64,000 nucleotides of DNA from Octopus bimaculoides (lineage: Eukaryota), in contig NC_068990.1 in the NCBI RefSeq assembly GCF_001194135.2, forward strand, positions 88,561,313 through 88,625,312. The letters run 5' to 3'. A program made the translations under genes and the position numbers. Numbering within the stretch: the first letter of the stretch is position 1; each line of letters begins with the position of its first letter. The notes beneath the pieces were generated by a model, which did not search any database, was not told the origin of the DNA, and was given only the letters and a program-made list of their open reading frames with translations. Shown here piece after piece: positions 61,341-64,000 of the stretch.

Positions 61341-64000
61341 ATACAAATGATTGAGTTTTCTTTAGTCAATAACTTTTACTGCAAATTTGTTACTATCTCC
61401 TCATTCTCCTTTTTCCTCCTGTCATAAACTCAAAATTGATATGAATTTCTCTCATCACTTCCAGTTGTCACAAAACTTGACTGTGGACCACCAAAAGATG
61501 TTGTTGGTGCTACTAAATCCTACAATACTACTACCTACAAATCTGAAGTGATCTATACTTGCCAAGATGGAGAAGAATTAAAGGCAACATGTAAAGAAAA
61601 CAAGAAATGGACTCCAGAAGTGTCTTGTAAAGGTAATGTAAATAGGTTCTCTCTTTTTGACNNNNNNNNNNNNNNNNNNNNNNNNNNNNNNNNNNNNNNN
61701 NNNNNNNNNNNNNNNNNNNNNNNNNNNNNNNNNNNNNNNNNNNNNNNNNNNNNNNNNNNNNGGAACCATTATCATTAATATTGGAGACTTCAACAATAAT
61801 TATGATTAATCTTGATAATAAGGGTAATGTATTGACAGAATCATTCAACCGACAGACAAAATATGTTGTGGCATTTGTTTTAGCAATTTTAGTTTTGAGT
61901 CCAAATCTTGTTGATTCTAACTTTGCCCTTCCTATGCCAATAAAATAAGCTATCAGTCAAGCATAGAGGCTAATTTAATTGGCCAGTTCTTACCTAAAAA
62001 TTTGGCTTACTTTTTATGTTAGGAATTGCTGCTGTTGCTGTTGTATTTCATTGACCTAAATGTTACTTTACCTTTAGATCCTCTGGTCCAGTTTGTGAAA
62101 ATAAAAGATTCAGCTCTGGATGTACCTGGGAAAACCTTGTTGGATAAGAAAGATGTAACAGCAGATGAATGTGCAGAAAAATGTTTGTCTGGCAAAAGTT
62201 GTTTATCATTTGAAATAAATAAAGAAAATGGAAAATGTTACTTATCAAAGAAATCTGCAGCTACCGCCAAGAAATTAAAGGCAGACAAAGACAAAGATTA
62301 CTACCAACGATTAAAGTNNNNNNNNNNNNNNNNNNNNNNNNNNNNNNNNNNNNNNNNNNNNNNNNNNNNNNNNNNNNNNNNNNNNNNNNNNNNNNNNNNN
62401 NNNNNNNNNNNNNNNNNNNNNNNNNNNNNNNNNNNNNNNNNNNNNNNNNNNNNNNNNNNNNNNNNNNNNNNNNNNNNNNNNNNNNNNNNNNNNNNNNNNN
62501 NNNNNNNNNNNNNNNNNNNNNNNNNNNNNNNNNNNNNNNNNNNNNNNNNNNNNNNNNNNNNNNNNNNNNNNNNNNNNNNNNNNNNNNNNNNNNNNNNNNN
62601 NNNNNNNNNNNNNNNNNNNNNNNNNNNNNNNNNNNNNNNNNNNNNNNNNNNNNNNNNNNNNNNNNNNNNNNNNNNNNNNNNNNNNNNNNNNNNNNNNNNN
62701 NNNNNNNNNNNNNNNNNNNNNNNNNNNNNNNNNNNNNNNNNNNNNNNNNNNNNNNNNNNNNNNNNNNNNNNNNNNNNNNNNNNNNNNNNNNNNNNNNNNN
62801 NNNNNNNNNNNNNNNNNNNNNNNNNNNNNNNNNNNNNNNNNNNNNNNNNNNNNNNNNNNNNNNNNNNNNNNNNNNNNNNNNNNNNNNNNNNNNNNNNNNN
62901 NNNNNNNNNNNNNNNNNNNNNNNNNNNNNNNNNNNNNNNNNNNNNNNNNNNNNNNNNNNNNNNNNNNNNNNNNNNNNNNNNNNNNNNNNNNNNNNNNNNN
63001 NNNNNNNNNNNNNNNNNNNNNNNNNNNNNNNNNNNNNNNNNNNNNNNNNNNNNNNNNNNNNNNNNNNNNNNNNNNNNNNNNNNNNNNNNNNNNNNNNNNN
63101 NNNNNNNNNNNNNNNNNNNNNNNNNNNNNNNNNNNNNNNNNNNNNNNNNNNNNNNNNNNNNNNNNNNNNNNNNNNNNNNNNNNNNNNNNNNNNNNNNNNN
63201 NNNNNNNNNNNNNNNNNNNNNNNNNNNNNNNNNNNNNNNNNNNNNNNNNNNNNNNNNNNNNNNNNNNNNNNNNNNNNACATATTCACACATATACATACA
63301 TATGCAGATATATGTGCATACACACATTTGTCCACACCTACAATAACACACCCAAACCCATATAAACAACTATATATTTACACACACACACATAAACATA
63401 TGCATGTGCACGAGTGTGGTTACATATACATATACACACAAACACACTCATGACCTTGCACATATATATATTCACGGGACTATCTACTGAGGGTGACAGA
63501 CCAAGGGTGATATGGTGATGGAACAGTGATATTGATAGGGCCATAAAAGAGAAGAGGTGCACCTGGCAAGAATGAAAAAGTGGGGGCAGCGAAGCATCTT
63601 ATCAGAAAGCTAAAAGGGAAGACACACACATAAACATATACATATATACACAACAGGCTTCTTTCAGTTTCTGTCTACCAAATCCACTCACAAGGCTTTG
63701 GTCAGCCTGAGGCTAAAGTAGATGACATTTGCCCAAGGTGCCATGCAGAGGGACTGAACCCGGAATCATGTGGTTGGAAAGTAAGCTTCTTACCACACAG
63801 CCTATGCAATCATGCATCACATGCTTTTCAATATTTAATACATGTGTGTGATGCATGTGATGTGTGTTTGTGATTGGTCAATAAATGACTAGGAAATATA
63901 TCTCTTGTGTTTTTCTTCCTTTCCAGTTGATGACAAGCCTCTTGTGATGAAAAAAGTTAGCGTACCAAGAAATGCTACTGTAGAAGAGCTTGAGGATGTG
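907..64000 (+). CDS. Interior of a giant multi-exon gene encoding a PAN/apple-PAN/apple-Sushi(CCP) repeat extracellular protein; 5' and 3' ends outside the window
   Basis: 39 exon segments with polypyrimidine-AG acceptors and GT donors, lengths all multiples of 3, all phase 1-1, no internal stops. PAN motif C-x3-C-x5-C-x-S/T-F/Y...C-x-L/H/Q/R/P-S...D-Y/I/T-Y/H; Sushi motif C-G-x-P...Y-x-C...C-x5-W...C. Confidence 0.9.
1880..2060 (+). mobile_element. Degenerate RTE-like LINE reverse transcriptase fragment
   Basis: Translates RAIKDRKVGKAAGSSGIITVRLKISG, resembling the K-GKA-GP-GI--E-LK motif at the N-terminus of LINE RT. Confidence 0.5.
3023..3193 (+). CDS. Unit 1 exon Sa, Sushi/CCP
   Basis: ttccag|CT...GAAG|gtaatg; 171 nt; HDKINCAPPREIVGASKYYSSTTYRSEVTYTCPHGGKLKSKCGKDYKWTSVNSTCE. 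Confidence 0.9.
3855..4025 (+). CDS. Unit 1 exon Sb, Sushi/CCP
   Basis: tttcag|CT...AACG|gtaaca; 171 nt; YEDIDCGNPKDIAGATNSYETTTYKSEVTYTCPEGEQLKSVCEKNNKWTPVVETCN. Confidence 0.9.
4896..5135 (+). CDS. Unit 1 exon Aa, PAN/apple type A (Lys-rich)
   Basis: ttctag|AT...AAAT|gtaatt; 240 nt; PQIHFVKVKGAALDVPGKLLWKKKNVTAKACAEKCLSDKKCLSFEINKENGKCFLSKQTASSSKKIKKVKNKDYYQRVK. Confidence 0.9.
5146..5756. mobile_element. Solo LTR, 611 bp, inserted 10 nt after the unit 1 Aa donor
   Basis: Termini TGTAG...CTACA, 4-bp TSD attc (5142-5145 and 5757-5760). The empty site gtaattattcttagta is present at the paralogous positions 27834 and 49672. The interior is CpG-richer than its flanks. Confidence 0.8.
6664..6897 (+). 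CDS. Unit 1 exon Bb, PAN/apple type B
   Basis: tttcag|CT...CCAG|gtcagt; 234 nt; DEGPVMLKKVSVPSKATLGRLKDKTLKKCKNSCQQYTGCNSYQYNAEAKLCDLSNVTQLNDELKPNDGSWDIFLTNP. Confidence 0.9.
9081..9251 (+). CDS. Unit 1 exon Sc, Sushi/CCP
   Basis: ttccag|TT...GAAG|gtaatg; 171 nt; VTKVNCGPPKDVVGAKKSYTDTTYKSEVTYTCPGGQQLKSKCKDDNKWTPVASNCE. Confidence 0.9.
9830..10069 (+). CDS. Unit 1 exon Ab, PAN/apple type A
   Basis: ttccag|TT...AATC|gtaatt; 240 nt; SKIHFVKVKGAVLDVPGKTLASNKSVTADVCAERCLSDKNCLSFEITEETGKCYLSKES...DYYQRVN. Confidence 0.9.
11258..11491 (+). CDS. Unit 1 exon Bc, PAN/apple type B
   Basis: atctag|CC...CCAG|gtcagt; 234 nt; NKDILKFKRTSIPREDAFKRQENMTLKECDHACHQTPGCNSYEYDKKAKFCDQSNATHLTHDLQPDQKDWDIYVINP. 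Confidence 0.9.
12275..12548. repeat. (GA)n(GT)n microsatellite spanning an N gap
   Basis: Direct reading. Confidence 0.9.
12690..12860 (+). CDS. Unit 1 exon Sd, Sushi/CCP
   Basis: tttcag|CT...AAAG|gtaaca; 171 nt; FANINCGLPKDIVGTSKSYKTTAYKSEVLYTCSDGVQLKSICQKDNKWTPVTSSCK. Confidence 0.9.
14294..14533 (+). CDS. Unit 1 exon Ac, PAN/apple type A
   Basis: ctttag|AT...AAGC|gtaatt; 240 nt; PQLHFVKIKDAALDVPGKTLLDKEDVTADECAEKCLSDESCLSFEINKKNRKCYLSEKS...DYYHRLK. Confidence 0.9.
14770..15110 (-). mobile_element. RLE-type (R4/Dong-like) non-LTR retrotransposon 3' fragment
   Basis: ETKALICMALEQALRTN...DKCRMC and HNYVARMIHWELCGNYG...WYDQIP...ENEGCKILF motifs. Confidence 0.7.
15839..16072 (+). CDS. Unit 1 exon Bd, PAN/apple type B
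   Basis: ttccag|TT...CCAG|gttagt; 234 nt; DDKPFMMKKVSIPKKTKIEELQDMKLKECDEACSQYAGCNSYQYNKKKKICDLSNVTQLSDELKPNNGSWDIYIVNP. Confidence 0.9.
16190..16750 (+). mobile_element. Penelope-like element reverse transcriptase fragment (pseudogenised)
   Basis: LAELVLSLNCFSF..Y*Q..GVAMGMRMGPIYANLFVGYTE...YYIDDC...FHPALKF...AFLN...KHTDSH, with in-frame stops. Confidence 0.8.
17443..17610 (+). CDS. Unit 1 exon Se, Sushi/CCP (one codon shorter)
   Basis: ttacag|TT...AAAG|gtaatg; 168 nt; ITKINCGPPKDVVGASKSYNTTTYKSEVIYTCQKGGILKATCKENRKWAPVVSCK. Confidence 0.9.
19268..19504 (+). CDS. Unit 1 exon Ad, PAN/apple type A (one-codon deletion)
   Basis: ttccag|TT...GATC|gtaatt; 237 nt; TKSKFLKVKSAMLDVPGKTLWRKKNVTAEACVEKCSSDTNCLSFEITKGSGRCYLSKAT...DYYQRVD. 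Confidence 0.9.
20030..20445 (-). mobile_element. RTE-clade LINE fragment
   Basis: Minus strand YLGHKVSSGG...KRLDWAKF*ELLPLL...RLYGACV*TAMLHGSETW...LERNEASML...LREKLGI...LHWYVYVMHM. Confidence 0.75.
20837..21070 (+). CDS. Unit 2 exon Ba, PAN/apple type B
   Basis: atctag|CC...CCAG|gtcagt; 234 nt; DDDVFTFKRTAIPGHDSPDRIKGISLKECDRACLQIPGCKSYEYHEKKKFCNPSNETHLTYDLKPNKDGWDIHIMNP. Confidence 0.9.
22560..22950 (+). mobile_element. RLE-type non-LTR retrotransposon endonuclease fragment
   Basis: DKKKACTVIDISC...VNNYEQL...YPDYKFTFIPFITGAIGLV-like PD-(D/E)xK region across frameshifts. Confidence 0.55.
23251..23421 (+). CDS. Unit 2 exon Sa, Sushi/CCP
   Basis: ttccag|TT...GAAG|gtaagg; 171 nt; YSKIKCGRPRDIAGVLMSYNSTTYRSEVTYTCPDREELKSKCEKDRKWTSVDSVCE. 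Confidence 0.9.
24562..24732 (+). CDS. Unit 2 exon Sb, Sushi/CCP
   Basis: tttcag|TT...AACG|gtaaca; 171 nt; FKHIDCGNPKDIAGATKSYDTTTYKSEVTYTCPEGEKLKSTCEKDNKWTPIVETCN. Confidence 0.9.
25541..25575. repeat. (CAT)n microsatellite
   Basis: Direct reading; shorter paralogue at ~48580. Confidence 0.9.
25982..26880 (-). mobile_element. hAT (SPIN/Charlie/GTF2IRD2-like) transposon 3' fragment
   Basis: TIR-like CAGGAGTGTCAAAC at 25982; minus strand QMELIELQCN...KY...FGSTYLC*QLFSVMKMNKTSHRSHLTDEHL (hAT dimerisation region). Confidence 0.8.
27594..27833 (+). CDS. Unit 2 exon Aa, PAN/apple type A
   Basis: ttctag|AT...AAAT|gtaatt; 240 nt; only 4 nt differences from unit 1 Aa by manual alignment. Confidence 0.9.
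28558..28791 (+). CDS. Unit 2 exon Bb, PAN/apple type B
   Basis: tttcag|TAG AT (NAGNAG acceptor)...CCAG|gtcagt; 234 nt; DEEPVMLKKVSIPSNAISGRLKDKTLKECDKACQQYIRCNTYQYNAKSKVCDLSNVTQLNDELKPNDGDWDIYIVNP. Confidence 0.9.
29240..30445 (+). mobile_element. Composite, internally deleted RLE-type non-LTR retrotransposon fragments
   Basis: HEPEGVTENKEHKILWDF; EPHWRRQI; ADTDHLH...RRGLISVED...ETLL; GLQNQF...WLKKG. The 3' junction resumes the Sc-intron sequence seen uninterrupted at ~50890. Confidence 0.7.
30717..30887 (+). CDS. Unit 2 exon Sc, Sushi/CCP
   Basis: tttcag|TT...AAAG|gtaatg; 171 nt; ITKINCGPPKDVVGAKKSYTDTTYKSEVTYTCPGGQQLKSKCKDDNKWTPVASNCK. Confidence 0.9.
32440..32670 (-). mobile_element. 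Possible non-LTR retrotransposon zinc-knuckle relic
   Basis: Minus ORF ...SKRCRLCSKKSVHIL... resembles the CRxC...ET..HI motif. Confidence 0.35.
33356..33595 (+). CDS. Unit 2 exon Ab, PAN/apple type A
   Basis: ttccag|TT...AATG|gtaatt; 240 nt; SKIYFVKVKGAILDIPGKTLGSKKNVTADVCAEKCLSDKNCLSFEIKGESGKCYLSQET...DYYQRVN. Confidence 0.9.
35198..35431 (+). CDS. Unit 2 exon Bc, PAN/apple type B
   Basis: ttctag|CT...CCAG|gtcagt; 234 nt; DDDILKFKSTIIPGEDIFKRLKNVTLKECDHACHQTPGCNSYEYKERVMFCDRSNVTHLTRDLEHNEDGWDTYVINP. Confidence 0.9.
35743..35913 (+). CDS. Unit 2 exon Sd, Sushi/CCP
   Basis: tttcag|CT...AAAG|gtaaca; 171 nt; YANIKCGPPKDIVGTLKSYKTTAYNSEVLYTCPDGIQLRSICQKHNKWTPVASSCK. Confidence 0.9.
37672..37911 (+). 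CDS. Unit 2 exon Ac, PAN/apple type A
   Basis: ctttag|AT...AAGT|gtaatt; 240 nt; PLVQFVKIKDSALDVPEKTLLDKKDVTADECAEKCLSGKSCLSFEINKENGKCYLSKKS...DYYQRLK. Confidence 0.9.
39230..39540 (-). mobile_element. Mariner transposase 3' fragment
   Basis: Minus strand PPYLLDIAPSDYHLFCSLQNHFDGK, matching the mariner YSPDLAPSDYHLF motif. Confidence 0.8.
39565..39913 (-). mobile_element. Second SINE family, inserted in the pre-Bd conserved intron element
   Basis: Minus head ggctgtgtggtaagaa...gggttcaatcc...ggcaccttgggcaagtgtc; same site occupied at 63650-63802 and empty at ~15715. Confidence 0.65.
40039..40272 (+). CDS. Unit 2 exon Bd, PAN/apple type B
   Basis: ttccag|TT...CCAG|gttagt; 234 nt; DDKPLVMKKVSVPRNATVEELEDVNLKECSEACNQYLRCNSYQYNEHDKICDLSNVTQLSDELKPNNGSWDIYIVNP. 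Confidence 0.9.
40505..40760 (-). mobile_element. Deleted mariner element (TIR plus transposase C-terminus)
   Basis: TIR-like tatgatgtctgatcaataagtatccggact; minus strand EFQECFHQWK*RWIKCVASKGEYFKGD*. Confidence 0.7.
41720..41887 (+). CDS. Unit 2 exon Se, Sushi/CCP
   Basis: ttccag|TT...AAAG|gtaatg; 168 nt; VTKINCGAPKDVAGASKSYSTTTYKSEVIYTCQDGEELKATCKENKKWAPEVSCK. Confidence 0.9.
42927..43166 (+). CDS. Unit 2 exon Ad, PAN/apple type A
   Basis: ttctag|CT...AAAC|gtaatt; 240 nt; TKINFVKVKGAILDVPGKTLWNKKNVSAEACAEKCISDNTCLSFEITKKSQKCYLSKET...DYYQQVK. Confidence 0.9.
44539..44772 (+). CDS. Unit 3 exon Ba, PAN/apple type B
   Basis: atctag|CC...CCAG|gtcagt; 234 nt; differs from unit 2 Ba at one position (AAA/CAA). 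Confidence 0.9.
44865..44922. repeat. (CA)n microsatellite
   Basis: Direct reading. Confidence 0.9.
45691..45861 (+). CDS. Unit 3 exon Sa, Sushi/CCP
   Basis: ttccag|CT...GAAG|gtaaag; 171 nt; YNKIDCGPPRDIAGASKSYNSTKYRSEVTYTCPREEKLVSKCEKDKKWTVVDSGCE. Confidence 0.9.
46100..46536. mobile_element. Probable hAT-type non-autonomous element
   Basis: Right end ggttgagaacccctg is the reverse complement of CAGGGGTTCTCAACC, a typical hAT TIR; left end degenerate. Confidence 0.4.
47424..47594 (+). CDS. Unit 3 exon Sb, Sushi/CCP
   Basis: tttcag|CT...AATG|gtaaca; 171 nt; FEDIDCGNPKDIAGAEKSYETTTYKSEVTYTCPEGEKLKSICEKDNKWSPIVETCN. Confidence 0.9.
49432..49671 (+). CDS. Unit 3 exon Aa, PAN/apple type A
   Basis: ttctag|AT...AAAT|gtaatt; 240 nt; PQIHFVKVKGAALTVAGKIFWNKENVTAKACAEKCLSVPNCLSFEINNENGKCFLSKQA...DYYQRVK. 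Confidence 0.9.
49726..49908 (+). other. Probable assembly artefact: 183-bp exact duplicate of 49533-49715 across a 10-N gap
   Basis: Identical sequence on both sides of the gap; the copy lacks an acceptor. Confidence 0.8.
50203..50436 (+). CDS. Unit 3 exon Bb, PAN/apple type B
   Basis: tttcag|TT...CCAG|gtcagt; 234 nt; DEGPVMMKKVGIPKKATLGQLKDKTLKECNKACEQYTGCNSYQYNAESKLCDLSNVTQLTDELKPNDGEWDIYLTNP. Confidence 0.9.
51158..51328 (+). CDS. Unit 3 exon Sc, Sushi/CCP
   Basis: ttccag|TT...AAAG|gtaatg; 171 nt; one nt different from unit 1 Sc. Confidence 0.9.
52217..52456 (+). CDS. Unit 3 exon Ab, PAN/apple type A
   Basis: ttccag|TT...AATG|gtaatt; 240 nt; SKIHFVKVKGAILDVPGKILESNKSVTADVCAERCLSYKNCLSFEMKRKSGKCYLSKET...DYYQRVN. 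Confidence 0.9.
52482..52769. mobile_element. 288-bp hairpin-forming insertion (MITE-like) 25 nt after the unit 3 Ab donor
   Basis: Flanked by ttctattt (52474-52481 and 52770-52777); internal inverted arms ~52547-52625 and ~52679-52767; absent at the paralogous site ~33610. Confidence 0.75.
53852..53940. repeat. Short minisatellite, ~3 copies of atgtgtgtgtatagatctatatattg
   Basis: Direct reading. Confidence 0.7.
54929..55149 (+). mobile_element. tRNA-derived SINE, relatively intact copy (octopus-type)
   Basis: aaggcagtgagctggcagaatc...gttcaaattc (B-box-like)...ctttcatcctttc...gataaaataagtaccag...ggccttatgcct...gattatta tail. Confidence 0.65.
56223..56456 (+). CDS. Unit 3 exon Bc, PAN/apple type B
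   Basis: ttctag|CT...CCAG|gttagt; 234 nt; DDDILKFKRTSIPGEDIFKQLKNVTLKECDHACHQTPGCNSYEYKEKRKLCDRSNATHLTHDLEPNKKGWDTYVINP. Confidence 0.9.
56626..57221 (+). mobile_element. Internally deleted Tc1-like transposon
   Basis: TIRs tggacaaaataatagaaacacct (56626) and aggtgtttcattattttgtccaacccctg-TA (57191-57221); MTDLSDFQRGQIVGA...GVSRST HTH start joined to PDLNIIEHL...IPHRIQAVITAKGGPTSY* end. Confidence 0.85.
58710..58880 (+). CDS. Unit 3 exon Sd, Sushi/CCP
   Basis: tttcag|CT...AAAG|gtaaca; 171 nt; HANINCGPPKDIVGTSKSYKTTAYKSEVLYTCSNGIQLKSICQKDSKWTPVASSCK. Confidence 0.9.
59493..59541 (+). CDS. Unit 3 exon Ac, 3' end only (rest lies in N gap 59067-59492)
   Basis: KKLKADKDKDYYQRLK followed by T|gtaatt donor and the Ac-type downstream intron. 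Confidence 0.8.
61465..61632 (+). CDS. Unit 3 exon Se, Sushi/CCP
   Basis: ttccag|TT...AAAG|gtaatg; 168 nt; VTKLDCGPPKDVVGATKSYNTTTYKSEVIYTCQDGEELKATCKENKKWTPEVSCK. Confidence 0.88.
62078..62317 (+). CDS. Ac-type PAN/apple exon, probably the displaced full copy of the unit 3 Ac exon
   Basis: ctttag|AT; 240 nt ending exactly at a gap; 3' end identical to 59493-59541 and upstream flank identical to 58938-59066; one nt from unit 2 Ac. Confidence 0.75.
63650..63802 (-). mobile_element. SINE, paralogous insertion to 39565-39913
   Basis: Same head sequence and same junction with the ...tcatgca(c/t)cacatgctttt element. Confidence 0.65.
63927..64000 (+). CDS. Bd-type PAN/apple exon, 5' part (runs off window); probably belongs in gap 60452-61011
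   Basis: ttccag|TT GAT GAC AAG CCT...; DDKPLVMKKVSVPRNATVEELEDV, identical to the start of unit 2 Bd. Confidence 0.8.

Larger units (their letters stand above)
44539..61661 (+). repeat. Higher-order segmental repeat unit 3 (through Se; partly gapped)
   Basis: Same exon order as units 1 and 2; Ac is partly and Bd wholly within N gaps. Confidence 0.8.
7983..63277. other. Assembly gaps: 7983-8567, 12342-12524, 35568-35577, 36413-36831, 39190-39199, 47614-48463, 49716-49725, 59067-59492, 60452-61011, 61662-61761, 62318-63277
   Basis: N runs, many flanked by microsatellites. Confidence 0.95.

Noticed and set aside
907-64000. CRISPR-like or other prokaryotic repeat-spacer array
   Set aside because: The periodicity comes from kb-scale eukaryotic exon/intron duplications with GT-AG sites; there are no short identical repeats with unique spacers and no cas genes.
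907-64000. Assignment to a named gene (CSMD, SVEP1, factor XI/prekallikrein, HGF/plasminogen, CR1/factor H)
   Set aside because: No CUB, vWA, EGF, kringle or protease exons are seen, and none of these has alternating PAN-PAN-Sushi arrays; symbol left empty.

Overview
AT-rich, microsatellite- and gap-rich animal genomic DNA. The SINE families present look like octopus (coleoid cephalopod) repeats, which is recognition from memory, not a database result. The whole window lies inside one very large + strand gene; no start, signal peptide or stop codon is visible. I located 39 GT-AG exon segments by eye (probably 38 distinct exons). All are open, all are phase 1-1, and each encodes one extracellular Cys-rich module: PAN/apple type A (237-240 nt), PAN/apple type B (234 nt) or a short Sushi/CCP module (S, 168-171 nt). 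They form a nested higher-order repeat: a three-exon unit, then a 6-exon unit, then a 13-exon unit (Ba-Sa-Sb-Aa-Bb-Sc-Ab-Bc-Sd-Ac-Bd-Se-Ad, about 916 aa, 20-24 kb), repeated about 3 times. Several paralogous exon pairs show a large excess of amino-acid-changing over silent differences, while neighbouring exons are homogenised to 1-4 differences. That combination suggests diversifying selection plus patchy gene conversion on a giant multivalent recognition or adhesion protein that I cannot assign to a named gene. Introns hold co-duplicated SINE relics, inverted repeats, a solo LTR with its empty site visible in paralogues, and Tc1/mariner, hAT, Penelope, RTE and RLE-type retroelement fragments. 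The last ~2.2 kb probably consists of mis-scaffolded gap-filling contigs. Most ORFs in the supplied track are antisense shadows, intron read-through or N-run artefacts.
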